Shown: positions 34,887-49,372 of the stretch, piece by piece | Layout of the letters: each line of letters starts with the position of its first letter | How positions within the stretch are numbered: the stretch's first letter is position 1 | Assembly: GCA_002269645.1 (NCBI GenBank) | Contig: NIVC01000045.1 | Span: forward strand, 434,001 to 498,000 | From: Macrostomum lignano | Taxonomy: Eukaryota | Direction: 5' to 3' | Length of the DNA: 64,000 nt | Position numbers and translations under genes: made by a program | Notes under the pieces: model-generated | Databases searched by the model: none | What the model was told of the DNA's origin: nothing | What the model saw: only the letters and a program-made list of their open reading frames with translations

Positions 34887-36535
34887 ATGGACCCTGACCA
34901 GTTTATTTGCCCGATGTGTGACTATTCAACCAATCGGTCCGCCACCCTCCTTCGACACGCTCGAAGCAAACATACAGCAAACTTGGATCGAGTCAAAGCC
35001 TACATTCTCTACAAACGTTGGCATGGAAAAAAGATTTGAAGCTTTGCCAGCTGTGCAGCTCATTGGCCGCCTCTAACATGAGACAACACATGCGGCAGTG
35101 CCATTTCGGCGAAGCATTCGTTGTCGGCCGGGTAGCCGTAGATGAGGCGAAGGCAAGGGCATACGACAGGATTGAGGGCCTGCGGTTGTTGGCCTTTTAC
35201 GGCATCCGGCCTCAACTAAATCTTAATCCAGCCTTGCCGCTTGAAAGGCTGCCGGAATCTGCCGCCGCTATAACAATCGACGCGGACTTAGCTACCGACG
35301 CTGTACCGGCGACCTCCAATGAAGTGTGTTAAACTAAATTTTGTGTCCATGGTTTTTGTTAAAACGCTGTGACCTTAAAAGCATCAGGTCGCGGGTCAGC
35401 CTTTGGGGGGCTCTGCCGCAATACAATTTATAATTTTTCTATTTAAAACGAGAATTATTTGAATGTTTGGGATGCTAGATATTTTTGTATAAAAAAGTCC
35501 AAAAGTTGAATATTTGGTAAATTTGAGAAAATGATGTAAAAATGGAAAAATGAATGAATGAAAGTTTTTAGATATCTTGCTCAGAATGAAATATTACGGA
35601 TTAAAAACAAGGGGTGGGGTCCTATCGACCTGGTCAATGGTTTATGGTGTAAAACAATAATCTTAACAGTTAGGTTGCATGTATATTTAATGAAAATAAC
35701 AAAGGGTTGGGTTCATCTTTAATTGCATGCTGTAACAACCATTATGAATTATTTGTTTTCTTCATCTTCAGGTTCCCTCTAGCGTTTGGCTCTAAAGAGG
35801 CGAAGCCAATGAAGATGGTGTGTCCAATGATCCGCCTTCTGAGCCAACTGCGATAAGTACGCCTGTTACTACTGCGATAAACTCAAACAGCCACGCTGCC
35901 ACGGTTGCCACTCCTGCAATGGCATATAATCGCGAGCTTCTGGTCCCGAATATCATCACAACGCCGGACGGAGTTTGCACGCCGCTCCCTTACGTGACGC
36001 CTTACGGCCGAGCTAGCCAGAGGAGTGCAGAGCGGTCCCTGCCGACCGAGATGGCGTCCGTGAGGCAGCTTGCAATGGCCGATCTGATTCGACAGACAAT
36101 GGTTCAAATCGGCAACGTCGTGGTTCGGGCCGGTAGCGTCGAGGCAGAGGGTCGAGGCGCATTTGCGCGTATTAACCTCCCAAAAGGCACTAACGTCTGT
36201 ATTTACGGTGGAGAACTAATCCAGGGGCAAAAAGCACGCCTCGCCCGGGAGGAAGATATTCTAAAGCAAGGGAAGCCATGCTGCTTCTTATTTTTCTTTT
36301 CCTGGCGAGATCAAGCCTACTGCATCGACGCAACCAACACGGTCGAGTATGTCGTTCGGTACATCAACCATAGTCAGCGGAAAAATAACTTAAAGCCAAT
36401 TGTGGCTGATGTAAACAATAAACCGCAGCTGGTCTTCCAAGCCACTCGAGACATCGGCCAAATGAGGAGCTACTCTATGATTATGGAGAAAGGCGCCCGG
36501 ATGTGCTTCGACAACATCCGTGGCTTAAAAACTGA
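34887..36535 (+). pseudogene. Two C2H2 zinc fingers spliced to a KMT5A/PR-Set7-like SET domain
   Basis: CPMCDYST..LLRHARSKH and CQLCSS..MRQHMRQCH; predicted intron 35324-35771; GRGAFA..YGGELI..YCIDAT..RYINHS, with ELLYDYGE..HPWLKN* after a 1-nt frameshift. Confidence 0.8.
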
Positions 36536-36789
36536 AAGGCTGAGTTCATTTTCTAAATCCATAAGGTCCCGTTGCACGGGAATTTGCTCTAAACTTTTAC
36601 CAAAGTAAGGAGTCTTACTAAGATTGTATCGGCTTTCAAAAAGCTGGCCGCTTTGCATTTCTTGCTGTGGCTTCCCGCTCTTAGTGGTGGGATTGATCCT
36701 TAGTTCAATGCTGCAAAAGACCGCTGTGCACTGTTCAATGTGCTGTGGAATTTGTTTTGTTCTGCAAAGTCTGATATTTGCTCTGCAAA

Positions 36790-36935
36790 TATCTATCTGT
36801 CTCGTGTCTCTCTCAGTGTCTGTCTTAGTATCTGTCTTAGTGTCGGTCTTGGTGTCTTTCTCAGTGTCTGTCTCAGTCTTAGTGTCTTTCTTAGACTGTC
36901 TTAGTGTCTTAGTGTCTGTCCTAGTGTCTCTCCTT
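36790..36935. repeat. Degenerate hexamer repeat (GTGTCT/GTCTTA)
   Basis: Read directly. Confidence 0.75.
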
Positions 36936-37146
36936 ACTCCACTTCTCTCCCATTGTCTACATTGTAGACAACTAGGAAGAGTAGGCTCATAAAAGTAGTA
37001 TGAGGGGACTATGTGCACTATGGTTTCTAGACATACACTAGCATTATGTTGTAAATGACGCAATTCATCATTATAGTTTTAAGATGGCGCGAAAAAATGG
37101 CCTTTTTCCACTCACACCTCTGGTTTATTTTCCAGATGGACGCTAT

Positions 37147-37147
37147 T

Positions 37148-37178
<31 letters not shown>

Positions 37179-37195
37179 GACGGCGACGACGACTC
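37147..37195. repeat. (CCG)n microsatellite
   Basis: About 10 CCG units followed by CGA/CGG variants. Confidence 0.85.
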
Positions 37196-37354
37196 CGGCG
37201 TCTCCACAGCGACGGACTTCAGCTACAGAAGAAGTAACAGTGAAGTTGATGAGAATGAGAAGTTAAAGAAAAACGACTGTAACTGATTGGGCTGAGCTAT
37301 CTGATGGTAGGGAAAGTTTTCGGAATTTTAAAAACATTTGAAAATAACTTTTTC

Positions 37355-37445
37355 AGACAGACATACGGACAGACAGACAGACAGACTAACTCAGAGACAG
37401 AAGAGCATACAGACACACAGACCGAGAGACAGACATACAGACAGG
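37355..37445. repeat. (CAGA)n-like microsatellite
   Basis: Read directly. Confidence 0.75.
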
Positions 37446-37553
37446 CACGCGAAGGCGTATTCAGCATGCCAGTGAAGTATGAGACAGACTAGGCCCATGG
37501 GCTAAGGTCTGCGATGCTTCACGCCTGCCCCTATCTTCAGCAGGTCAAGGCTG

Positions 37554-37960
37554 GTGGGAGGTCTGCACCCTCTATTTGCCTCTGGCAGCCGCAGACCCCC
37601 CCCCACGCTGTCTCGCAAGTCGACCCAGGGTACTCGTCCCCGCGTGTGTTCAAGGCAGTCCCTAGGGCTGCTGGACAGACTGGGCTCCGGCGCTGGCGAC
37701 CCTATCCAGTGGCTTCGGCCGAATTTGGGTATGCGGGTCTGGCTCGCCAACCTGCAGGCCGTGGTACTGCTCAACGTACTCTCTAATGCCTAAGGTGTTG
37801 ACCGTGCCGATGGGCTGGAAGGCCGGGGAGTAGTCCGGTCGCAAGCGGTCCCCCTCCTGGTGTCGGGCCAGCCTTGAGGGTGCTATTGGCCTACTGCCCG
37901 GTCAGGTGGAGCGGCCGGGTGGGTACCGCGCCCCTTTGAGGGTAGCCCACCAACCTTTTA
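37554..37960 (+). mobile_element. Possible 3' end of an RLE-type (CRE/R2/NeSL-like) non-LTR element
   Basis: STQGT..LGLLDRLG..WLRPNLGMRVWLANLQAVVL loosely resembles RLE C-termini; GC-rich tail follows. Confidence 0.3.
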
Positions 37961-40900
37961 TCATGGCCTTCGAGCCGTCTATGGATAATCAAGCTAACTC
38001 TAGGGACGGGGACCCTTCTAAACCCCAACCTCAGTCCGAAGGACCGGCCGGCCCTGCTGGCAGATCCCAACCGACTGATTCAACTGTGGCAAAGGAAGGA
38101 CCGGCTGGCTCTGCTGGCAGATTCGACCAGAGCTACCAAACTCAAAATACCCAAAGACCTAAAAACGTGGGATAAAACGGTAAAACAAATATGTGGACAT
38201 TCAATGGAAAGTAATGTATCTAAAAAAGGTTTATGAAAGATAGATAGGTCTTTAAAAAATAGTTCTGGATAAAAACTATTGTTGTCATGCTTTATATCGT
38301 TGAATAAATAAGAAAAACCCACAAAAAAGCATTTTTAAAGTCCAAGTTGACCGATTTGCAATTTTTTGTTTCACTTTTTTTATTATTAAACAATTAATTT
38401 GAAGACTTGTAGGCCTTAGAGAAGGCTAATTTTTTACTACTTACAAAACAGAAAGTAATCTGTGTTTTACTTTTCATTCTATTCAAAAACATGAAGTATT
38501 TCTAAGGATTTCAAAGTTTTTCTAAAACAACATAAACTCGCGAAAATTCATACTAATTTAAAGTGCAAAGTTTGCCAGCTAACATCTTTCTCTAAAAGTA
38601 TATGTATCGCTAATTTCTTGTTGCAAAATAATCTTTAAGTTGTTTTCTTTCATTTAAATATCAACTTGCATAGTATTAGTGTTTGTAATATGCCTATATT
38701 TAGACTTAAAAATTTTGGGTAAAAATGGTACCACAAAATGTGAACCCGGCATCCAAATCAAATGCTTCCTATATGCTTATTAAGCAACGAAGAACAATGA
38801 AATTACACTAAAACATGTATCATCGCGGCGTGTATGCAGGAAAAAAAAGAATTTTCCAAATTGCTTTGGTAGAAGCTGAGTAAAATGCAATTTTCCGATC
38901 CTTACGGGAATTTGTATGTTTAAATAATAAACTTACGTTGAATACAATTTGTTGCAAACAAACTCAACAAAATACACGTTGTTAGGAGTAACGAAAGTGA
39001 TAAACAAATAAACCCTTAAAATAATGTTAAATATGTTGTAGAATTATATAGTGTAACATTATAAGATAGTTAAAGTTAATAAAATACATTATTATAGCTT
39101 TTCTATCATTTTCATTAGAGTTATTTTAGATCTTAATTAAACTTACCGTTTTAACAAATCATTTTATTAAAAATAAAGCTATACGTAAATAATTTGTGCT
39201 TTTATAGACTTTTTTACCTTTTAAAAACTTAAATAAATTTATTTTATAGCTTTATTGCTTTCAAATTGCCAAAAAACGAATTTTCATAAAACTTGCCCCT
39301 GATTTTTGGATTTCACCATTTAATGATCTATTAAGTAACTACCCTAGATGACAATCTGTTCACACCCGCGTAGCAGACCTGTTTTTAACTTTCATTTCTT
39401 AACAGATCTTAGCATCTGCTATGTCTTGTAATATCTTACCAGATGCGGCTAGTATCTGCTCACGCTAAGTGCATAAATTTCTTATCCAAATGAGTGTGGA
39501 GTATCAGGAATGTATAGAAAGAAATAATATAACAGTAACAAACATAAAAACACGCTTCAGTTAAGCTTAAAGTGTCATTAATTGCGTCAGTCATATCTGC
39601 TTTTTCATGCAAGATATGAAACAAAATATGCTGCTTCGTGTCAGATCTTACTTTACAAGGTTTGAAATTAAACATACATATGTTTAAATATATGTTGCCG
39701 AAACAATTTTTCCCATTTTTTTTACATTAGATTTTCCTTTCCATAAATAAAAGGAAATAACGGTTAAAGACTTCATCGCAATGAAGAATTTTTTGTTTTA
39801 CCTTAGCTAGTAAAATAGGTATGAACAAAGCAATGAAAAACGTGCCTCTCCTTATCTGCAATTATTGACTTGTTGTCCATCTCAAAATAATATCAGTTGA
39901 ATCTTTCGCATATATACCAAAATGTGCTTTAGACTTAATCTTAAATCGGTAAGGATCATTAGGAATTAGGTAGAATACCTTTAAAGTTTAGAGGTTAGGT
40001 CTAACTTGTCTCTCATATATTCCATCATTCTTAGGCTAATGCAATAATAATGGCAATGTCAAAATGATGGAAAAGCCATGACAACTGACAAATTATATCA
40101 GACAACATGTCCATAGGTATAATGTTATTGTTTGAATGAAAAAATAAGGTCTTTCAACTTATAAATTATATATAATATCCAGCTATTTAGCTATTTACCT
40201 ATTATTCATTAACTTCTCTACTAACCAAGGGACAGGTAGGCCATAGGGTACCCATACATAACCTATTCCCCCTTCCTATGACTCATGGGTCATGGCCATG
40301 GGTAGGCCTACCATATTCTATAATCAGACAATGGTAATATACACCCTATAACTGACATTGTCTGTTAGGCCTATTGAGCTATGAATATATAGGCCCCTCC
40401 CTTACTTAGACTCTAGTTTATTCTATTTTATAAAAGGCAGACAGTGTATGTTTATAAAAGTGCAGATCTAGAAAACTTTTAAGAAAGGGGCCAAGCTATA
40501 CCAAACACTGCAACCCAATATTGGAAAATAGGCCTACTTAATAGACCTGGCATAGTTATAGTTGTAGACCAAAAAAGGGCTCATGACCAAGACTGCCATA
40601 CACCAAGACTGCCACAGCTCTAACTGGCTAATGGAATTGACACTGAGGGGGAGTTATCATCTTCCTGCATTGCTATTGCCATATTGGTTGTGATGGGTTA
40701 TAGAGTTTGATAAGAGGAAATGTCCTAAGATTGGTTACTAATAAGGCAAATAAGTGGCCCAAAATGGTTGCAAGTCAACCAAGGCAATTTTAACAATACG
40801 CCTAGGCCTATCTTATAGCTCCTTTACAATTCAAATTGAATGAAAAAAATGAGGAGCCTGGCTTATTTACCCACTTAGCCCATTTACTAGTTCCTTTCTT

Positions 40901-41294
40901 GTAGCCTTGTCTTATTGGCTCTCTCCATCTCACCCTTTCTCAGCATCATCAAATAACATGGCAAGCCAAATTCCTCCCCCTAGCTCCCCCAAGTATGGCA
41001 GTCTTTGTGTGGCAGTCTTGGTCCTATACCCCAAAAAGTATGAAAAAAAAATTTTTGGTTGCGGCTCTGTATTTGCCACTGGGCCATACTCTGAAAAGTG
41101 GGTGTTTCTAACTTTAAACTACATGGTTAATTGATAATTATATTATGTTTGATTTTGTATGCTGTTATTATTAGTAATACACTATTTAGACAATGCTATA
41201 TATAGACTATGTATATAGTATAGATAGTATACTGGTCTAATCCATGAGCTAGTGTTATAGTAATAAATGTTACCTTATATGATTGTATGCTGTA

Positions 41295-41780
41295 GCCTTA
41301 TTATTCGTTAAACTCGTCATGAAATTCATATATCTTTCGGTTAGTGAATCAATTCTCTCCTTTTGCCTATTAGAATAGCCTGAATTACTTTATCCTTTAT
41401 CAGTTGGACAGGCGTGTGGCCTCCCTTCCCCAGATCTCTGATTAACCTGGCGATCTGCCAACTCCTCATCCAGACGCACTGTCTGCTTAGGTGTCCTGCC
41501 CTTAGCTAATTCCCTATTAAGGCGTATCCTTCCCATGTCAGCATTCCCTATTAGCTATTAAAATTCCCCCTTTGTGCGCCCCGTTTCCCAGGCAACTCCG
41601 ATCTATCGCGTAGCCCTCCCTCATACTAGTTAAGTTAATATAGACAGTGTCTTGCCGCTCGGACACTTCCACGCTCCGGGAGTTACAAAAAGCATACTCC
41701 TTTCAGTAATAGAATTTGCGTATTTTCCCCAAATCCCCAAGAAACTTCCGAAATTCCCCAGTAACCTCCGACCCGACACA
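41295..41780. repeat. Unclassified interspersed repeat, copy 2, carrying the empty mariner site
   Basis: Colinear with ~22650-22885 plus 24214-24480; reads CTTCCCATGTCAG where copy 1 has CCTCC-TA[maT]TA-TGTCAG. Confidence 0.8.
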
Positions 41781-44700
41781 AGAGAATTGGTGACAAACAG
41801 TAAGATTATTAAACTATAGATAAACACCCCTGTAACACTAGCTAAGTAAGATCATGGATTATAAAGATTATCCAGAGATCATGAGGTCATGATTTAAATA
41901 GAAAATGCATGATTATAAGCATATTAGCCTTAGTCCTTGAGCTTATGAAATATGCATAATAGTAGTCATGATTATGAGTATCTTTATAAAATATTCTTCA
42001 AACTCAGTAATAATTTTTTGATCACAATTATATTTTAATCTGAAGTCTAAACTTAAATTTCCAGGTGCAAATTTTCTATCTAATTTAGAAAGAATATGGA
42101 AACTGGTGATCATTCAAGCCAAAGTTTAAGGGCTAAAAGGCAACGCAGACCAGCAAGCCAGGATTACTTTGGCTTGGAAAGGCAAAGGCAGCAAAATTTG
42201 TTCGTTTTGTTATGGTACAACAAAACCAATTCCTATAGCGAGGCCTTGTCTCTCAATAATGTTTTGTTTTCCAAGGTAAGTTATGCAAATATTTTTAATA
42301 GGTTGTTAAAATGGTTATATATATGCATTCGTCTTTAGTCTGGTCCTTAAGTTTTTAAATATAATGGTAGCTTATAATGTAGGGCTAGGTTGTTTACTTA
42401 AACCCAATATCTACAGAACTTCATACCCAACTTTGCGTCCCTTTTGGCAGGAGCACACAGTATGCATGAGCACTGCGGCGACACGGCAGCCCCAGCAGTA
42501 TGAGCAACCCTAGCAGGTAAGCAGGCAGCGCGCCTACACATTCGTGTCGTTTTTTCGTTCTCTGATGTATGGTACATTTTTATTTTGCTTACTAGATTAA
42601 ATTTTGTCTATCTTCAGCCGCTCTGGGTATTACTAGTACAATTGCTACAAGTGCAAAATAATATGTAGTTTAAAAACCTAATATACTGCTTACTAAGCTC
42701 TAAAATCCGAATTTCGAAGTAGAAAGTGAATAATATTAGTCTTGTCAGTGTCACAAATATCTTCATTTCCCTGCCAGATGCCCTGCGTTGCCTACTGTGC
42801 ATTGGTGCTCAGCCTTCGGTGCCCAGTTGCCTTCGGTGCCCAGCTGCACTCTAACTGTCATTATGGCTAGCCGCCTTTGGTGAACAGATTAGCGAAACTT
42901 AATACTTTAAAAATTTTTCTAGTTTACTTTTCAAAATACAGTTTTGTAAACAGTTTTTAATGCAGCTATATCAGAATGGGGGATTTTTTAACTAACTGGC
43001 ATCAAATTAACAGAAAGAAACGGTTGGTAATGCAATATGGCAAAACGGAAATTTCGACGAGCAAAATTTACTATAGTTACTCTGATTTTAGAGAAATTTG
43101 TTTAACACTTATTCTTGCAGAAGCAATTTGCTCTTAAGATGTGCCGTCCCCTCCCCTCCAAGACACCCGGATTGGGATGAAATTAGAAATATTGCCATGA
43201 AATTTATATAATTGTCGTAATTGTAATTTTATTTCCACAAAAATTAATTAAATTGCAATTTGCTGTGCAATTCACTTGCAATTATTGCAATTTTACTCAA
43301 ATTTTATACTTTCTACTTAAAGTAGAATACTTTGAATATTAAATTGGACGAATTGCAATTTGATTGTGAATTTTTACTTTCTAAATTTTGTGTTAGCTAT
43401 AAAGGAAATGAGCCAATAACTATATATGTATGTTAGCTTAATTTTCTAAAGATTTGTTTTAGCAACATTTTTAAGGAAAATGATTATAATTTAGTTTATA
43501 TCGCATGCTTGTCGAGATTGAAATTTAATTATAATTTGCTATAATTTTTGCAATGGAATTTTATTGTATTTTGCTGTGTTTGCTACTTCATTACGCCTTT
43601 ATGTTTTTGTGTTCATGCTTTTGTAAATACTATATGCTCTCTGTATGTAAATTAAAAATCAAAATAAAATAGTAAAAATGTTTAAATAGGGAATTGCCCA
43701 ATAGTGCCACAATAATTCACCCAATAATAAAATTCAGAGAAAAATTTTCTTTTGTTTATATTACTTTTTTATTCAGGTATCTTCCCGAGTTCCCGAGTCT
43801 TAAAATTTTGATTATGTATGTACCATAGAGGTACTGCACGCGCATTGCGTGCTATAGACATTCATCTTCTATGCCTTATCAGATCTTGACTAATCTTGTA
43901 TCTTCTTGGAAGATATGGCCTCAAGAACTTGCATGATCCTGTGTCATCTTAGCAGATCTGGCCTGAAGATCTTGCATGATCTGTTCAGAAGATCTGGTAA
44001 GAATTGACTATGTATTTCAATGGCGAAGATCTGCTGAGCTCTTGCAAGAACTTAGGGCGCAGTTCAAGTCAGATCTTGTAAGAAACCCCAAGCCAATGTC
44101 ATCTAGGGTATCATCTATTACCTTATTTAAGGTTGTAATACTTAGGACTGCTGTTCGATGCAATCAATTATGTTCAATTACAGCACCCCAGCAGCCTGGC
44201 TGGCTAGCCGTGGTTTGGCCACTCGGCCACGTTCTGATACTTGGCGGCGCTGCCTAGCGAGTTATTGCATCCTACCACAACAGATCAGCACATTCCATCC
44301 ACAATTGACTCCTTCGTCTTAAGCAAATACCCTTCAGAATCCACCCCTTTGTCTTTACCCTCCAGAATCCACCCCTGGGTTTTTACCCTCCAGAATCCGC
44401 CCACAGAATCTACAGCAATATGTAACGAAGACAACAAAACTAACCAGCCAAAAACACCTTTGCACTCATTTAGATTCTGCCCGATTGCTACGAGGGCTTC
44501 CAGCGCGCTCTGCCGTTGCTGAAGTTCTGGGCTGCCGGCTTTCTTTGTCCAGCCGGACCTGGGGCCCAGGATTTACAACGCCTATGGCCTGACCGCTGCG
44601 ACGCCAATGGGGCACAAGTTCAGTGCAAACAGAATTAACTGACTAAAAATGACACTTAAATCTTTCGCTACAGCTACCATAAATTAATTCTGGTAAGGAA

Positions 44701-47700
44701 GACAGTGTCTTTTCTTCGATTTCTGGGTTCTTTGCTTTCATTTTGATTTGTTTTTGCGGTTCTCTGTCCCAAGCGCTTACTTTTAGTTATGTTTTGATAT
44801 TAGAATACACACACAGGTGCAGTCACACGATTTTTGCCGAATTTTTCGGACAAGTTTGTAGATAAGTCGTTTACGTTGTACATTTTTGAGAGTTTGGCTT
44901 GCCTTCATGGTTTGACTTATTTTTTGGGGGAGAGGGACCATAGGGGAATGAGAGATTATCATAGACAGCCAGATACACACAGACAGACAGACATTAAGAC
45001 GGAGTCTCTCCTCCCTCAAGTTAACCTTGAACAGCTTGTTTGGCAAGAGTACTTTATTTATTTATTTATATACAATAAATACAATCCGTAAAGATTTAAA
45101 CTGATATATTCTAACGAAATATTCTAACGGCAATGTTGCAGTTTGTTTTGCGTAATTATTTTTACTTTTGAATACACGCTAACGTATCACGAAGTTATGA
45201 ACAATCAAATAAGTGAACATTAACAGGACTATAACATCACTCATTTGTCACTGAATCCTCAAAAGTAGATTGGCAGCAGGTACAACATCAGCAGGTGGGA
45301 TTATAAATGATGGTGCAGCTGGACATCCTGCCATGACTTGCGAAATATTGTAAATCTTAAGCAATTCTAGGTTTGGGAAATCTTGAGCAGTGTAAAAGAT
45401 TGCTGCCTTCCTCTCTCACTAAAACTTGCCCTAAAGTGTCTATGGCCTTTTCGGATGACGTGGCATGACAAGTCAGCACGAGTTTAAACCCTCCGTGACA
45501 CGTTGGCGTGTATTCAAAATTAAAAATAATTACGCGAATTTTCAAACTGCAACAAACCAACTCTTATACATGAAACTAAAGGAAGTCAAGTCGTCAAGTC
45601 AAGTTAACTTGTCACACGCTGTTGCACCTACTCATCTAACTGAGCGTCTGCTACAGAGTTCAGCATAAAAAATTTTGTTGGCTTCCAAAAAATGCGAATA
45701 AAAATTAAATATTAGTTTAATTATCTCTGCTAAAAAGTTTAAAGCGGTTCTCATTTCTCCTGTAACCCAACTTTAAATAAAGTATGTTTTTTCTTATTCT
45801 ATTCCTTTACCTCTTCTGCCTCCGATGAAAATTTCTAGCTTTTGATAAAAAAAATTGCTTTCAATATAATTCGACCCTAGCTCAAACTTATGATTTTGCT
45901 TTTCGGTTATCCTGCTTCTTGGTTGGATTGTTCTTGCATGGCTTGCCAGTTATGAATTAAGAAATGTAATAAAAAATCAATAAAGCTCTCCAATTCTGTA
46001 AACTGATTTTGTTGTATTCGGGAATACAAAAAATGGCATACTGAAAACATTATAAAACGTTTAGCTGTAGTCACTTACTTACCTACATGTACATGTAATT
46101 TGCTATAGTAACTTTATACTATTTGCATGTATGCGACAGAACGTCCAGATTCAGATTGGAGAAAGCATAGTCTACAACTCAATATGTATGTATAATTCTG
46201 AGAACTGTCCGTATGTAAATTACGAATTTGTATGTAATTCGAATTCTGTTCGCGGCTATATACGAAGGAAAATCTTTTTCCTTCCTGCCGTGCTCAAGTA
46301 TATATATATGTATATATACATATATACGACGGGGCTAAAGTATGACTCAACAGACTAGACTCGTGTCTAGACAGACCATAAAGTTCATGTAAACGTCTGA
46401 ACGCCTAGTTAGGGTCCTAGCCCTAAGCCCTAGCTGAGACTGCAAAAAGTCGAGACAGTAAAACTGCAAAAGGACTTTTAACATGTTTGTCATACAGACA
46501 GATAAACAGACATACAGACGGCTTTTGCAGCAGCTACTTATCTACATGCACCTAGGCACTGGGTAAATGTTTAAGCAGGCAAAATTTCGAAAAATTTTAG
46601 CAAGCCTGTTTTTTCTGTCTCCGTAGTGTAATGTTTGATGGATATTAGCCTCCAAAAATTATAAAATTGCATGGCCAATGTACTGCTAGAGGTCTTGAGA
46701 AAGTGTCTGAATACTTTTACTTTACTTTAAAACTGTATTAAATGCATGACATTTAACAATAACAATAGTATCGCTGCGTTCCCATATGAACTTTAGAAAT
46801 CATAAATTTACGATACATTAAATAAAAAAGGTAATTAGTTCCTGTTGTCAACAGCTACGGAAAAAAATTAATAACAAAACTAAACTTACTTTTCGATTTT
46901 ATAACTTGTTCATGATAGAAGCAGGAGAGTTTCTAAGTTTTATCACAATACATTTAAAACTTTAAATGTTTAATTTAAAATTTAAAACCAGACAAAAAAT
47001 GTATCTAAGGTAGTACAACAGTTAAACTTTCAAATAAAGAATATAATTTTTTTAAAATACGATACATCAATACGGTACCGGTATATAATTGATCTTCGAC
47101 TTCAATGAAAATAAATATGACAGGAACTAAATGTGCTTCACCCCAAGTGTTACAAAAGATTACTGTGTTTAATATTAGCACTGCTAGACTCAAACCGTGC
47201 CAAAAGATAAACAAGCCAATAAAATAAAGACCACGAGTCCATGACTTCATGAGAGTTACTTTAGGCCTGCAACTGCCACACTAATGGACTGCCACATCGC
47301 TAACTTGCAGGCGGTTGAGCTTACCCTTCAGACTACTGCTGATATTAGCAGCAGTGTGAGCTGCGAGCGCGTGCACGCAAGGGCATCAAGACGCACCCTG
47401 TGCATCTTAGTTTAGGCTATTGGCTAACCCAATATCAATTTGGCTTATGAGTGGCTCTCCAATACATTATCGCGAGCTTAATCACTTAAATTCTACAATC
47501 CCAAAATGAGCTACTGATTTAAAGTACTACGATTACAGACAAAGTATGGGTGCTAATACTAAAATTAAAAAAAAAATAATTTCCACTGTTTTTTATTTAT
47601 GATCGAATAAATAATACTTTTTACTCTTTCGATACTACTTTTTTAATACGTGTATTTTCATCACTTAAACCAGCAATCCTCTAATCCTTATAATAATCCT

Positions 47701-47802
47701 CATTACCATAATTTAACGTTTGTTCACTCAAATTCTAATTTCTGCTTTTCTGCATGTTCTACTTTTTACACGCACAATATTTACATTAAGATAATATTTT
47801 GT

Positions 47803-47866
47803 CTAGCAGGATTCGAACCTCAAACCTTCCAATTTCAAGTCAGGCCCACTGGCCACTCGACTAATT
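47803..47866 (-). pseudogene. tRNA-Ser(UGA)-derived pseudogene or SINE head
   Basis: A box TAGTCGAGTGG, loop GACTTGAAAT, B box GGTTCGAATCC; acceptor and anticodon stems do not pair properly. Confidence 0.6.
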
Positions 47867-49372
47867 TTTAGCGGTGTCTATTTTTAGCACTCAGACAATT
47901 CTTAGAGTTCTCATTCCCGTCCGCGGGTGCACTCGACCAGCCCACCCTAGCCCACACGGACCAATAGCAGCGTTCCTTGGCATATCTAGCGTACTATCAC
48001 TGTGCGCACTGTGTGGACTCTCAAGGACTAGCCTGTGTGGGTCCACACGTGGACTCACTAGCTTGCCACGTATTTTTCATGCTTTTTTCACTAGTGGCTT
48101 GAGGCGACTGTCGGTGCTTTGAACAAGCTACTCTCTCCCCCCATGTTTAATCAATATCTGTTGTGCATCATTATTCGCACTTTTTGGGCTGCCGTTCCAT
48201 GGTCAAGCCACGGAATGCCCAAACGCTCCACCCTCCGCGTTCTATATCAATGCTTGCAGGCCGTTGTCTGAATTTTCTCCTCAGAACCGCCTCGTGAGGA
48301 CTTGTCGAGAGCCTTCTCCAAGTCTAGCGCTCTAGCGCCGGTTAACAGCGAAGCAAAGCTCCTGAGCAGGTCTTGGTAGAGCAAAGCATCGCTAGAAGCA
48401 GCCGCAAGCTCCTGAGCAGGTCTTGGTAGAGCATTGCTAGTGCTATAGCTCTGGTTTCCAGCCTACCCTATCGGCAGGAAATCAGTTGGCTAAGGCCATT
48501 CTGCTGTTGTCCATTCGCGACACAGGCGCGAATAAGAGTGAGAGTGAGTGTGCAGTCGCAGCACTCGTGCGCGATTCTAAGAAATAGCTGATAGCTTAGT
48601 TAGCGTGAGTCTATTGCTGCTTCGGGCGCATAGACCATTCCTCGCCGCCCATCTGCGCGAGACTTAGCTGTTAGGTTAGTAGGAGTTAGGGGTCCTCTGA
48701 GAGCTAAACTAAGACACGCTCAAGCGCGGACATTGTCAGTGCCAGGACTGCGCCGCTCAGGCCATTGCTACCATTGAGTCCTGTCACTTGGACATTGAAA
48801 TATCTGAGACTAGTTGTTCTAGCGTTATTTATTTGCGTAGAAACCAATCAGACCCCTTCATTGCGGATCCTACGGTTCCCACGCTGGAGGCAGCACTACC
48901 CTTGATCCTAGATTTCTCTTCAGTCTCAGCCCCCGTAAGAGTGTTCGCTAAGGTTGTCCGGGACGACAGCAGTCCACCTAGCCGGAGCAAAAAAAAAGCT
49001 CAGCTACTACACTGGTGTTAGCGGTGGGATTCCAAGGCGGTTAGGTTTTCTATTGCACGCACCCAGTAAAGAAATAGGCAGACTGCTGAAAGAAATGGGA
49101 GAAATAGAAGAAATTTGTTTCTAGCGGACGCTCGATATCGCATTGTATCTTTGTAAGTAAATCCTGACTTACTTTGAACCATTTTCTGTAACTTTCAGTT
49201 GCTTTTTAATATTTAATATTTAATATTAACTATTTAAAACAGTCTACTTATATATTTGTAGACAAAATGTTTAATGCAACTACAGCCAGAATCACCACGC
49301 AAGATCTGACAGGTTTTATCGGTTCCATCGATCAAATTTATTGTTAAGGAGCATAAGGATGACGTTAAAGAC

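Noticed and set aside
42096-42530. Possible exons with GTAAG donors
   Set aside because: No coherent reading frame or recognisable protein
43870-44060. AGATCTTG-rich degenerate repeats; also TTGCAAT-rich 43200-43570 and inverted AAGACTGCCA pairs at 40585-41025
   Set aside because: Probably old non-autonomous DNA-transposon debris; no ends or TSDs could be defined
47803-47866. Functional tRNA gene
   Set aside because: Stems do not pair and the Ser variable arm is missing; kept only as a pseudogene or SINE head
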